Shown piece by piece: positions 20,524 to 33,955 of a DNA stretch of 64,000 bases. How positions within the stretch are numbered: the stretch's first letter is position 1; each line of letters opens with the position of its first letter. The notes beneath the pieces were generated by a model. That model did not search any database, had not been told where the DNA came from, and saw only the letters and a program-made list of their open reading frames with translations. A program made the position numbers and the translations under genes. This DNA is from Eledone cirrhosa (lineage: Eukaryota). Location of the stretch: NCBI GenBank assembly GCA_964016885.1, contig OZ024741.1, forward strand, positions 378,696,001 through 378,760,000, in the 5' to 3' direction.

Positions 20524-20609
<86 letters not shown>

Positions 20610-20736
20610 AACATATATATATATATATATACGGCCAGTGTGATGGCGCTATCTTATGGCTAAAACAGCACTACGTACTGTGACCAGCGGCGCCGATTGG
20701 CGCCCGACAGACTGGTCGGTCAAGGTGATCAAGGTG

Positions 20737-20774
<38 letters not shown>

Positions 20775-21201
20775 TATGAGTATATGTTGGTTGTATACCA
20801 ACACCATAGTATGCAGATTTGAGCACTCGACGAGTGCGCAGGTTGGTTTGGTCCCTCCAGAGTATTGTAATATAAACTAAAATAAATAGGTCAAATGTTT
20901 AAAATTTGGCTTCGTTTATTACTGCTCTCTATATTTAGGTGACAGCCATCTTTGGCTCTGACCTCTTCAGGCACTCCGAATTAGTGTGGTAGAGACGACT
21001 ACACATGTTGTTGAGGTGTTTAACTTTGTCAATACTCTGATATGCCCAGTTCCTGGTTGGGCTTTTATTTCACTGAGGAACTGGAATCATATCATATCAT
21101 TCCTGAAGAGGTCACAGCCAAATATGTCTTTTGCCGAAATAAATATAGCAGTAATAAACGAGACCAAATTTTAAACATTTGACTTATTTATTTTAGTTTA
21201 T
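20775..21201. mobile_element. Fold-back PLE terminal remnant (arms 20872-20971 / 21102-21201, extension 20775-20871); related copy at ~48220-48390
   Basis: Inverted arms with cctgaagaggtca HHR-like core; flanked by (TA)n. Confidence 0.7.
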
Positions 21202-21289
21202 TTCATATATATATATATATACATAGATATAATTCATATATTTATATATAATCTTTGCGTCGGTATATAATTGTTTCCGAGTGTGCTTC

Positions 21290-21362
<73 letters not shown>

Positions 21363-22085
21363 ATTTATTGACGATTGTGTAGGTAGTATGCCTACAATAA
21401 GCGTAATTTTGTCCTAGTGTACATATACACCTATTCACCTACGTGTTTGAGTATGAGCATGTTCCATTCAAATATCAATCATTAATATACCTTTTTCCAC
21501 TTGCATGCTCTTGTATAGAGATTCCCATTCAGTAAGAAGGAATAATTACCAATATCCATTATTTATAGGCCTTATGCAATAGCTGTCAAATTTAATGTTT
21601 GGAACATATTACTTATGCTTTAACGAATCAAAAATCTGCAATTTTATCTCATAAAGTTACACATAGAAACCTGCTAAAATATAACCCAAAAATAAAGTAT
21701 CTTTAAGCCGTACGTTATTACATTACCTAGATATACACACAAAAACTTATATGCTTAATAACAACATGTTTCAAAAGTTATTACACAGACACACACATAC
21801 ATAGGTATGTATATGAATATATGTTTATAAATACATATATGTTATTGTGTGCGCCTGCGTGTGTATGCAGCTGTATGTGTGTGCCTTTAAGACGGGTGAT
21901 GCACAGCACAAACACAATGGAAAACAAATGGAATGAGGGATAGTCCCATCTACCTAATCGCACAATGGTAATTGATAGGGTTTCGTTGAACATCGGGACA
22001 TAACAACACAGTTAAAGGCAATTCATGCCTATACGCAAATTATTGATGTTAATTCCTTTGTACGTATTTATGTATATATATATAG

Positions 22086-22480
22086 TAATAATAATAAATT
22101 TGAAGACTAAAATCCAAAGAGGGCTCGATAAGGATAAATATATATCGAATATATAAGAACCGTAGAGCAAATATTTGTTAAAATTTCAGATTAAATTTTA
22201 AGCAAAGAATCGCTGCTTTCACCCTTAACGGGATCTTCTGAAACTAACAAAGTCAATCTGTGAAGGCAGAAGTGAATATTTAAAAAAACGTTGCAATCGG
22301 AGGAAGACAGGAAGACGATACTTTGGTTCGTGGAAACGTTCCCTGGCAAAGAACGGGAAAAAACGAACCATATACGTCATTAATTGGAGCGGTGAAAAAC
22401 AATTACACGCAAAGTCAAAACCACGTTTATGGTATAAAAGAAGTCGTGGACTAATATTCTATTAGGTGGTTCATAGAGAC
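22086..22480 (-). mobile_element. 3' terminal fragment of the element C family
   Basis: Homologous to ~3915-4300; abuts (TA)n. Confidence 0.8.
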
Positions 22481-22529
22481 GCTATCTGGCATTGAACGGA
22501 AAAACGAAGATAATACGTCATATTAATAA

Positions 22530-22582
<53 letters not shown>

Positions 22583-22585
<3 letters not shown>

Positions 22586-22656
22586 AAGTATGTATACGTA
22601 CATACATATATGTATACATACGTACAGTATTATATATATATATATATACATACATG

Positions 22657-22704
<48 letters not shown>

Positions 22705-23212
22705 TATGGGTTTACCGAACATTTATAATAATGTTCGGTTTGTTTGTAAACAAACAGCCCGATTTACGCCGTACAGTGTTCGGCAACCATCGTCAACCTT
22801 TTGTTCAACACTGACACAGGAACGATGTACTAGTTTCAAGCTTATTAGCTATCGTCAGCATCGTATACCTTCCTGTCAGATAATTGAACGTTTGAAAGTA
22901 TATACTTTCCTTATGCATATTAATGGCTGAGCACCCTAATTTGCATATCGAGTGAGTTAGTCGGCCAGGCGTACCCAAAATGTTACATGGAAAAGAATGA
23001 AACAAAATTTCGGGCTGTTTGTTTACAAACAAACCGAACATTATAATAAATGTTCGGTAAACCCATACGTACATATATATATGTGTGTGCATGTATGTAT
23101 ATATATACATACTAATGTACGTATGTATACATATATGTATGTACGTATACATACTTACATTTAAGTATCAGCAGTACTAAGAGTGAGAAATGAACTCTCG
23201 TTTAATTATTTT

Positions 23213-23214
<2 letters not shown>
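22583..23214. mobile_element. Fold-back PLE terminal remnant (arms 22583-22762 / 23010-23159, extension 23160-23214)
   Basis: Inverted arms; homologous to 6437-7020. Confidence 0.75.
22822..22864 (-). ncRNA. Minimal type I hammerhead ribozyme motif
   Basis: Minus strand: acgatg CTGACGA t agct aata agct t GAAAC ta GTA catcgt. Confidence 0.85.
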
Positions 23215-23246
<32 letters not shown>

Positions 23247-23289
23247 AGATGAAATCGAAAATGCAACTGGAGTCTTATTTTTTTTTAAA

Positions 23290-23861
23290 ATATATATATA
23301 TTTATTTGGTTCCTTTAACGGTTTCGCAGTTCTTCTGCTTTTCAAAAGGTGAGTTGAGATGCAGGGTCTGTGGTTTTTCTCACATCTGGTTGGTCTCTGA
23401 ATGTTACTTGTTTTATATGGAAAAAGTGGCTCGAAATGCCAGGTTTTTCGAGAAGTAATTTGATTGGTTTGTCAATAATTATAATAAATTTCGTGCCAGT
23501 TCGCGTTACAATAGTTCTTCAAATAAGAGAGGAGGGTTGTCACAGGTTGTTTTTTTCATATAGGAGTGTTTGAATTTATTTTTACTTGAAGAAAGGGGGC
23601 TCACGAAGGTTTTTTTTTGGTTGGTTATAAATAAAATTTGGCTGTCACGTGAACAAGTTTTCATAACATTTTTGCGCCCTTATTTGGAAAACTATTCTGT
23701 AGTCTTTATAGTGAATGTTATGACAATGGAGAGATAGTGGTCAAGAGAAAAGGGATTGGGAGAATTCTGATTCAGTGAATATGGCCAGCTCGCCGGGGTG
23801 TCAGAGTTCAGATTTTCTATTGAGACTGAAGATATGTATGTTTATTTGTGTGCTTGTGTGT

Positions 23862-23902
<41 letters not shown>

Positions 23903-25685
23903 TATTGGAAGATGATTCTATTAGTAGAGATAGGGGAGGGAGTTGTGTGTGTGTGTATATGGGTGTTATGTGTGTGTGTGCGAGTATGTTAAGATGGAGA
24001 GAATTTATATTTTGTGTGTGTATATATATATGTGTGTAGGAAAGTGGTTCTATTAGTAGAAATGGGGAGGGAGTTGTAGGTGTGGGGGTTGTTATGTGTG
24101 TGTATGGGTGTTATGTGTGTGGGAGTATGGTTAGCATGTTAAGACGAAGAGAATATATATATTGTGTGTGTGTGTATGTGTGTGTAGGAAAGTGATTCCT
24201 TTAGTAGGAATATTTTTGAATGAACATATTTTCCTTACTTTTTTGTGTTTGCTGTTGTATTGCCAGTGCATACGTATGTTAAGGTTTATTTAGTTCGGGT
24301 TTTTATTTTCTAAAGTAGAAGGTGTTATGTGTGTCTGTGTGTATGTCATATTGTTGTGTTGACATAATGTATATTAAACCTTATTTAATGTTGGTCTATA
24401 TTTTTGAATAAACATATTTTCCTTATTTATTCGCATTTGTTCTGTTGTATTGTTAGCGCAAAGGTAAAATGGGAAGACTTGGAATTTGGGTGTCTTATTA
24501 CTTGCGCAAATGTCTAGATATTCACTTAGTGGTATCTGTCTCGTGGTTGAATCTCGTAATTGTTGGCGATGAACTGTCATTCTGTTTCTGAGTGTGAGTT
24601 TAGTTTGTCCTATATAATCTTCATTGCATCCTTTACATTTAATGGCATAAAGTAGATTTTTTTATGAGCAAGTGAAGTGATTTTTTACAGTAAAATTTTG
24701 TCCTGATTTAAATGTATACGTGTTGCCTTCAATGAGGTGAGTGCAGGTTCCACAATTAGAGCGACCACATTTTTTTATACTTGGTTGTGGGTTTGTGGTA
24801 GGTAATTTGGCATTGGTGAGTAATGTTTTCAGTGATTTTGGTTGTCTTTTGCTTTTGATTATTTTGTGTGTTTCAAGGGCTTTTTTCATTCTTGGGTTTT
24901 GTTTTAGTAGTGGGATGTTATTGTGAATAGTGTTGTAACCTTCCGCATTTCTTGGGTTGTGTGTTGAGATATATGATAGAATATTGGACGTACCTTGAAT
25001 TTGTTTCTGTTTCCGTAATTCATCAATGCCTATTGCTTTAGCCCTTTCTATTCCATTATTTATTAGTAATAGTGTGTACTCTCTCTCTCGAGTAGAATTT
25101 CCTTTAATTCTTGAAGTCTTTTATTTCGCGTTTCATAATTGGAGACAATTGTGCAAATTCTTCTTGCTAGGTTAAAAGGAATGTTCGTCTTCGTGTGCTT
25201 TGGATGGTTGGAGGTGAATAGCAGATATTGTTTGGAATCTGTTGGTTTGTAGTGTATGTCAGTTTCGATATTTGTGTCTTTTTTTATGATTAAGATGTCC
25301 AGAAATGGGAGTTGATCTTGGCTGTATTCCATTGTGAATTGGATGTGGTTATTGATGCCGTTTATTAAGTTTTTGAAATCCTTCAGTTGGTCGAGTGTGT
25401 GGGACCAAAGAATGAGGCAATCATCCAAGTAGCGTTTCCAATTCTCTGATAAATATTTGTGGAAGTTCAATCCGTATTTTGATTTGGACTGTTCATATAT
25501 CTGGACTTCTAAGTATGCCATGACTAAGTTGGCATAAGTTGGAGCGGCTTTTGTACCCATCGCAGTCCCCGATATTTGCTTGTAAGTATTGCCATCGAAA
25601 TCAAAAAAGTTGTTCTGTAGGATGAATTTTAATCCCTCGGTGATGAAGCTTTTTTCTATTCTGTCAGGTATCTCATTGGGATATT

Positions 25686-25686
<1 letters not shown>
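23290..25686 (-). mobile_element. 5'-truncated Penelope-like element, Neptune-like
   Basis: RT/GIY-YIG remnant plus 3' region ending in an HHR-like motif at 23311-23350; 5' end truncated at (CT)n(AT)n. Confidence 0.8.
24374..25686 (-). pseudogene. Disrupted PLE RT + Zn-linker + GIY-YIG
   Basis: NNFFDFDGNTYKQISGTAMGTKAAPTYANL..WKRYLDD..PFLDI..YKPTD..SNHP; KCGRSNCGTC; LYAIKCKGC..YIGQT..LRNRMTVH. Confidence 0.92.
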
Positions 25687-25738
<52 letters not shown>

Positions 25739-25854
25739 CTCTCTCTCTCTCTCTCTGAGTGGGGTTATTAAATTTATTTAGTCTATTATGCAAATTCGTG
25801 TCGGATATGTTTAAATCACAGTAGATGTTAAATAAGCCGTTGGGGTATGGAAAC

Positions 25855-25988
25855 AGGGAAAGAAAAGAAAGAGAAAAAAGAGAAAAAAGAGCAAACTCTA
25901 AGAGGAAAATAAAATAACAAGAAAAAGAGAAAGAGAAAGAGAAGAAAAAAGAAAAGAGAAAAAGAGAAAGAGAAAGAGAAAGAGAAAG
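25855..25988 (+). repeat. Polypurine (A/G) low-complexity tract
   Basis: agaaaaaagag-type repeats. Confidence 0.85.
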
Positions 25989-26369
25989 CCCTAAGTGATA
26001 GGTTGTTGTATTAGCGTAACTTTTAAGATGAAATGAAAAAATAAATATTTATTGTATGATTTAGGAAGAGTAAATAAGCGTGAATAGAAAATAAATAAAT
26101 AATAATAACTGGAGAATTTTAACCAGTGTTTAAATATGATTAAATGTTTAGTTTATCAATTAAATTATCAATTAAATTATTGAGATCTATACATTAAAAT
26201 TGAGATGTTTCTGGTGTTCTTTTGTTCTGGTGTTCATTTGTTCTTAAAACACACCACCCGATGATAGTGTAAGAAATGTAATTCTTTACACTTCTCGATT
26301 CTGACACACAGGCTCTCTTCAGTTAATATTTTTCAAATATTTCATATGTTGATATTGGTTGTAACACAC

Positions 26370-27259
26370 ACACCGAAATTGCAACTGCCGCAACACGGTA
26401 CGCTGCCCCCTTAGAGGATACTGCTTGACTGATAGGGTTACATATAGGTGCGCTGTAACTAGCCACAATAGCGTTAAACATTATATGGTGGATACCTCTG
26501 GCCCGTTCAAAATTAGATTTCGAACACACTCCACTCTTTCACAAATAAGAAATTAAGACCCACCACTTCGCTCGGGGACTATATCACATCAATAAAAGAC
26601 TTAAACATGAGCGTCTCCACGCGCTGGGAAATTTTCGGCAGGGCTGCACCGTACAACTTCAAGAGGGAGTGCTATATTTGCCTCAGGGAGCTCTACCACA
26701 TCATAACGGCACCCCGCGAGCTCACCAACAGCAGAGATAAAACGACGATAAGCTGTACACTTCGCTTAAACATATCCTTCTTCGGATGGGATAAGGTCGA
26801 GGAGCGAAGCCGTATACTGGGTCTCCCTGCGACAAGCTTTAACAAGCCGGCGAGCAGACGCTGCAAAACACATCCGGAAACTAACCATGCATCCCAGGCC
26901 TGGCTTCAAACGACCCAGGCGGACGGGTGCAGAAACAAACGTTCCATACCTGACCTTGTGCGTATCGACAATGGTAAGGTTGTAAGCACATCTTGTAACG
27001 GATAGTACATGTGTCCGGGAAAGGCTGCTCTAATACCGGCCAGATTTACCTTCCTTGACCTACTGCAAATTCAAAACACGCTTTTTTGCGAAGAATGAAC
27101 TCTGACGTGAACTTATCTCCAAAAACACTTTCCGAGTCATGTAAGGAACACTTTTTGGTTAGTTATGCCTTTCAGAAGACCATACGGGCGAAACGTACAT
27201 AGGTGGTGTTTAAATAAACATGTTGTAACGGTCTGTTCTCAAATTTCTTATTTTTCCAC

Positions 27260-27260
<1 letters not shown>
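26370..27260 (+). mobile_element. Decayed 3' part of a Naiad-type PLE (element D): GIY-YIG remnant plus 3' region with degenerate HHR at ~27168-27206
   Basis: NCNCRNTVRCPL..TYRCAV..FKIRF..WEIFGRAAPYNFKRECYICLRELYHI; ends in (TA)n. Confidence 0.85.
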
Positions 27261-27337
<77 letters not shown>

Positions 27338-27343
27338 AGGTAT

Positions 27344-27404
<61 letters not shown>

Positions 27405-27483
27405 AGGTATTATGTATATATATATATATATAGGTATATATGTTATTATTCATTCTTTATATATATATATATATAAATATATA

Positions 27484-27832
<349 letters not shown>

Positions 27833-27865
27833 ACACGGGTGTGTATGATTGTGTATAGAAGATTA

Positions 27866-28142
27866 TATTAATAAAAGGAATTCCAACTTTGTCTGATTTA
27901 CTCGTTATATTTACAATCCTTTAAAATTTATAATGGTATTAGAATGAAAGTTGAAAATTGCAAACTTGACTTTCACCACAGAATATGAACCTGAAGATTA
28001 CGAAAGCATGAAAGTACTTGTTCAATTAACACTTAACATTTAATATTCTACCATACTATTTCATTCTAATACCATGATGAATGTTAAAGGATTGTAAATC
28101 AAATGAGTAAATCAGACAAAGTTGGAATTCCTTTTATTAATA
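27866..28142. repeat. Inverted repeat (arms ~27866-27949 / ~28058-28142)
   Basis: tattaataaaaggaattccaactttgtctgatttactc / gagtaaatcagacaaagttggaattccttttattaata. Confidence 0.85.
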
Positions 28143-28154
28143 TATATATATAAA

Positions 28155-28368
28155 AGGAAAGATCGAATTTCGTAAAATCGGACCGAGGGAACAATGTTTC
28201 CGTTGGTCTTTCCAATTGCTAATACTATCTATCGGTCGCAACTCCAAGTAGAAGGAGCAACGTGAAATAAAGTGTCTTGCTCAAGGACATAACGCATCGC
28301 CTGGTCCAGGAATTGAACTCACAACCTTACGATTGCGAATCCAATTATCTAACCACTCAGCCACACGC
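28155..28368 (-). mobile_element. tRNA-derived SINE, family 2 (CORE/V-like central domain)
   Basis: Head tggctgagtggttag..gagttcaattcc, then ccttgagcaagacactttatttcacg; second copy at 62660. Confidence 0.8.
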
Positions 28369-28371
28369 CTT

Positions 28372-28544
28372 CGGAGGGTAAAGTATAGTATTAAAGGCAG
28401 TATTCAATCTGGTACATAGTCTTAATTCCCACGTGGGGTTCAGCAAGGGAGGCAACACCTAAATTAGGCGAATGAATTCATCTGTGTATAATATTGAGAA
28501 AATGCAAAATATCACAAATCGAATGAAGCTCTCGACAGAGTGGT

Positions 28545-28617
<73 letters not shown>

Positions 28618-29004
28618 TCTTATTTTCATGCTGTATTTTAACCTGTATTTTTGATTTTTGATTGTACCTTTTAATATGAATGTAATCTCTAAGTGTGTAC
28701 TGCCACTCTAAATGCTGTAATGGATCTTGACCCACAATATTTGCATATGTATCTGTATGTCTCTTGGCTGAAAAGGAGGTCATATAACTGTCCATTCATT
28801 AATAAATTGCTCCGAAGAATCCAAACCTCGGTTTGGAGGAAACAGTTGTAAGCACAAAAATGTTTTGAACAGTTCTTTGATTCTTATATTTCATATTTCA
28901 TATATATACATATATGTGCTTTTGGGGGGTTTTGTTCCATGTGATGGAAATTATGACTATGTACCAGATTGACTACTGCCTTTAATACAATAATTTACCC
29001 TCCG
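28372..29004. repeat. ~60-bp imperfect inverted repeats (28372-28431 / 28945-29004) around ~510 bp
   Basis: cggagggtaaa..aatctggtacatagtc / gactatgtaccagatt..tttaccctccg. Confidence 0.75.
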
Positions 29005-29779
29005 TTCCAATGTACGGCACTATCGTTCAATACGTGGATAGTGTAACTGAGACATTACAACCCCATTTCAAAATTTCGTACTTAAACATCTCTCTGCATA
29101 TTATTTACTCACTTCAATCTATGTTTTTTACTCACCTCAATCCAGATTGTCACTTGACAATTTTTTTAATTTTAAATTGTTAATTTTTCGATTTAGTTTT
29201 ATTTTTTTATTTATAATTTCTGATATTTGATTTAGGATTTTCGATTTCACATTTTAATTTTTATTTCCAACTCTCACTCATAACTTCTAATGTAAGTCAA
29301 TGATACCTAGATTTAAGTATATTTTCTCTTAGGGGTTGATGGTCAGTTGTACTGTCCATTCTTGGTGAAGGGTAGTATTGTGACCTGTAAAAATCAACAC
29401 CCTCCCATCGCCTCTGGCTTTTGGCTGACTTCCACAGACGGGATGGGTAGCAGTAAACTATGGTACAGGCCTGAATAGGTCATTGTTTGTCTGAGAGGGG
29501 GAAATGAGTAAGCGAATTTCGTTGAAATCTGCGGTAGCTAATTGTCAACATCCTTCAGACATGTGCCTGCGCAGACCGGTGGGGGTGAATCAGTACTCAC
29601 AGGGGAACGGCTGAATAACCCAAAAGCACACACTTCGTCCGTTCCCATTTCGATTCAATTTGAATTGCCTCGGAAACATAACCTTATTATGTAACAAGCT
29701 GTCTGAAGATGTCGTGACACTCGCACACAGAACAGGGTGGTCAGTATCGTCATCGAAATATATATCACATCATTATTAT

Positions 29780-29835
29780 AAGTACCAGTAATACACTGGG
29801 TAAGTGCTGGCCTTGTGTTAAAAGTAGAAACAATA
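29780..29835 (+). mobile_element. SINE family 1, 3' fragment
   Basis: aagtaccagtaat..gctggccttgtg..gtagaaacaat. Confidence 0.75.
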
Positions 29836-29878
29836 ATAATAAAATGACTTGAACAGCTGAAACTACTTCGCTTTTCCT

Positions 29879-29945
<67 letters not shown>

Positions 29946-29948
<3 letters not shown>

Positions 29949-30053
29949 ATAATAATAAATTTGAAGACTAAAATCCAAAGAAGGCTCGATAAGGATGAAT
30001 ATATATCAAATATATAAGAACCGAAGAGCAAATATTTATTAAACTTTAATCTG
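29946..30053 (-). mobile_element. Short 3' terminal fragment of the element C family between (TA)n tracts
   Basis: Homologous to 3915 and 22086. Confidence 0.8.
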
Positions 30054-30073
30054 TTATTTTAATAAATAAATAA

Positions 30074-30186
<113 letters not shown>

Positions 30187-30689
30187 CGTACACCATGTCG
30201 CTCTTCATCAGTATGGTAACATGTAACCAAGTACAACGTGTGCATGGTCGGTCATCGGTGACTAAACCGGCAACCCCAACAAGATTGTGTTAGTGACTAC
30301 ACGGTAGAATTCAGTAATGGGACTTTTATTTAAGAAAATATACATAAGTCAAAATGACAATAAAAATAGAACAAAATACAGTCAGTTCGTGGGGAGAGGG
30401 AGTACGGTAAATAGCTTAACATTATCAATATGTGTGTTATGATCCAGAACAATTATTCTTTGACCATTGTTAAGTGTTAAGCTTTTGATGTTTGCTATAT
30501 ATGGTCGAGAGGGTAGAGAATGTATAAAGAGAAGCACAGAAAATGAGTGTTGGTAATTAAGACTGGGATAGAGTGGGTATGGAGGAAATGGAATTAAGAA
30601 ATTTTTTGTGTGGGTGTGATTAATTCAGATGCCACAAGAAATGTATTAAATAGGATGTAGGAAAATCTAGGCATTAGGAATCGAATCAT

Positions 30690-32385
30690 GTTCCAGTCCA
30701 GTTTGTATTTAGCGAACACTCTTTAGCAATTAAATCACATATCATGCCAGGAATTTATAAGTTACATTCTGGTCGCCACTCAAGTAGAGACTTGTAAGAG
30801 GTTTATCCTTGAAGGAGTTTGTCCAAATACCTCTTTAATTTTATGGGGTCCGTTTCCGTTTTAATGTCTTTTCGTGTAATGTTAAAGAGAGCGGGGCCAA
30901 TTCTGGTGAAATATTTGAGCAGTATTGTCGTTATGCGATGCGAGTGCTATCGTGGAAACATAGCACTGGGCCCAAGCCTTGAGTGTACCTCAAAGGTGAT
31001 GCCAACATCATTTGGACAATATTCATGGAATATTTTCCTCATCATGAAGGTAATGTAGCGCCCTCGGCGACGTTGGAGAGAATAAAATCTGAGATTTTCT
31101 AATCGACTCCAATAGCCAAGGCTTGTCAGGCCATCTATCTGTTTTCTAATTGACCTTTGAGGTGCTTCAACTTTCATGATACTTTGTTTCGTGTGGGGCG
31201 ATTACAGTGGATAACAGTGTTCAAGGTGGCGTCGGGCGAAAGTGGTGAAGAGAACAATAACAGTGTTAATATCTCTCGACTGGAAGGTTCTGAGAATCCA
31301 GGAGTAGATTGCGCGGCCCATGTCAATTTTGTTGTTTATATCAGTGGCCCATCTTATGTTGTTGTCCACAATTGCTCCCAAGTCTGATGTTGTTGGATGC
31401 GATGAGAGTCTCACCTGAAAGAATGTAGTTTGGGAGTTTCAGGGCATCCTCTTTTCTCTGTGGATTAACTCAGATGTATCCTAGTTCAGCAGCATACTGT
31501 TCTTTTCTGCCCATTGGATAACAGCCAGTAGGTCTGACTGAAGACATGTCCGTCACTCACTTCATTGATGACCTTCCCGAGCGTGGAATCATCTGCAAAG
31601 ATCCTTATGTTGCTGTCCTTGGTGATGTCAGCATAGTCATCAATATAGAGGATGGAAAGAAGTGGGCCCACAAAGTGCCTTGCGGGACGCCACTGCTGAC
31701 TTTGGCTGGGCTTCATTTTCCTCTTTCGACTAGAACATTTTGTGCTCTGTCTGTCATTAAACACTTGATCCACTGCAGTGATATTCCGGATAAACCAATG
31801 TTGGATAGTTTTTTCAATAGAATCTTATGATCAACACTGTCAAAGGCCTTACTCAAATAAGGTAGATGACGTCAGTGTTGGAGTCCTTTCCCAAATCTCT
31901 CAATATATCATCAACTTGATGCAGGAGCTGCGTTAGGCAGTCCCTTCCATTACGGAACCCATGTTGGCTGGAGTTCAGGCGATTGTTGCTTTCAAGATGT
32001 TGGGTTATTCGTGATCTCACCACCCTCTCGAATACCTTGATGATATTAGAGGTGAGTAAAATCGGATGGTAGTTCACTGCCAGGCGGACATGTTTCCCTT
32101 TTTGAAAACTGGGGGAACAGACTAGGAGAAAAAGTTTTCAGGAATGTAGCCAGTATCCAGTGAGTTTCTCCACAGTTTAGCAAAAGGCGGTTCAACTTGG
32201 TATCGACACACCTTCAGTACAGAAGCAGGGAACCTACTGGGACCTACTGCTGAATTGTAAATAAATTTTGTTAATTGCCACTAAGATATCTGGGACGCCA
32301 AAGATTCTATCTGATATAGTGTGCCGAAGATTAACATCATTGATACAGCCCATGTTGGCCATATCAGGATTTGTTTAAAACATAT
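30690..32385 (-). pseudogene. Decayed CR1/L2-group LINE ORF2 (RT and C-terminus)
   Basis: NYHPILLTSNIIKVFERVV, QHGFRNGRDCLTQLL, GPLLSILYIDD..IFADDS, SDLGAIVD, YWSRLENLRFYSLQRRR across frameshifted ORFs. Confidence 0.9.
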
Positions 32386-32429
32386 CAGTATGATTTCTGC
32401 AGTATCTCAATCATAGTTTTGGCATTGGT

Positions 32430-32570
32430 GGATTGGCAGTATCGGTGGATTGTCGGACACCTTGCTTTGCATCATAGAGTTACGCCTTTTTATAGTCTGA
32501 GATCAAATCCCGCCTCGGCTAACTTTGCTTTTCATCATTACGAGGTCGATAAAATAAAGTAGCAGTAATG
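32430..32570 (+). mobile_element. SINE family 1, 3'-truncated
   Basis: gattggcagtatcggtgg..gatcaaatcccgcc..gtcgataaaataaag. Confidence 0.8.
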
Positions 32571-32768
32571 ACCCATTTCTTCCCAGTTGTTATTTGGTTA
32601 TTGATGATGGTTTTATATATATATAGGAAAAGTGTCAGGACCCCAACGGCTACACTAAGTATCGTGTACTCGGGTGCGTTATGGTCCACCTGGTTTCGTA
32701 CCACACTTACTTGGTTATATATATATATAACCAAGTATATAAATAATGTATAATAAACAATACAGTAT

Positions 32769-32846
32769 AATTACCTCATTAACAGAGGTTTCCCGAATAA
32801 GACGAATAAAAGAAACGTCCGCATTCGTTCATCAGACAAGGCAATT
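32769..32846 (-). ncRNA. Type I hammerhead motif of element B
   Basis: Minus: aattgccttgt CTGATGA acgaat...attcgg GAAAC ctct GTT aatgaggtaatt. Confidence 0.65.
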
Positions 32847-33351
32847 TAAAACATAGTGAAGTATTTGAAAAATCTCCTCAAGACAGGCAAAAGTTTAACG
32901 AGCAAAAAAATAAATAAAAGTAATAATACAAGAGATGTATAAACAATAAAAATAAAGAAATATAGTAAGGGATGTGTATAATTGCTTGTATATGCCCTTA
33001 CAAATGTACATGTGTGTGTATGTACGAATGCATATGTATAGTGAAAAAATGTGTGCGTAAGTACATACATGAGGGCAAACGTATTAGTGTATGTGTGACC
33101 ACAAATACGTATATATATATATATATATGTTGAAAAAGGAATTGTAAGATAATGGAGTTAGCGTACATACAGACTCAGGGACTAAGAGATGACGTATATG
33201 CACATACAAGGATGAAATGTTGCAGGCGTATAAACAGACACACACGTGCAACCACATACATGTATGTGATATATACAGGGAAGGGAGTTTATCAGTCAAA
33301 GCAGTGTCAGATTGAAGGTCAATACTTACATAACATATGATAAATTAATGA

Positions 33352-33449
33352 AATAATTGTTTATACTTTAGGCACAAGGCCAGCAAATACACCAGTACAT
33401 TACTGGTACTTTATGTTATCGAACCCGTACGGATGAAAGGCAAGGTTAA
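33352..33449 (-). mobile_element. SINE family 1 fragment inside the element B 3' region
   Basis: ggcacaaggccagc..tactggtacttt..ggatgaaaggcaaggttaa. Confidence 0.8.
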
Positions 33450-33800
33450 ATGAAATAATATAACAAATTAAGGCAAAGAGAAAGTAAGTGGGAGGAGTTA
33501 CAATATAAAGAGCAACACTAGAAAAAATAAATCAATAAAAAGTAGAAAACATGCATATATGTGAGCAAGCTCATACACACACCTACACACACACATATAT
33601 ATATATATATATGTAGATAAATCTACCAAGAGTTTACGGTAGTGTCCAATCCGTATGAAGAACTCAATGTATTCCGGATATCATGGAAAGAAGAGATGTA
33701 ATGAAAATCCACTTTCGGTGAAAGATAAACGGTATACAGAGTCAAGATAAAATATTAAACAAATAATGAACAAACAATTCCTTATATTAAACAAAAAAAG

Positions 33801-33955
33801 TTCACTATTTAACGATCGTTTCTAGGGTATATATGTGTTATAATTGGTATGCATATTTAACAGATCTATGTACAAAATTATACAAAATTATACAAATTAT
33901 CAAGATTAAATATACATACCTAACTCATATATACGCCGTCTTCAGAAATAATGAA
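33801..33955 (-). ncRNA. Type I hammerhead ribozyme motif with extended stem II (left arm copy)
   Basis: Mirror image of 44007-44161. Confidence 0.8.

Larger units (their letters stand above)
32744..33600 (-). mobile_element. Distal 3' region/pLTR of old PLE B, inferred to be separated from its body by element A
   Basis: 32744-33020 is a diverged inverted copy of 47221-47503. Confidence 0.7.
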
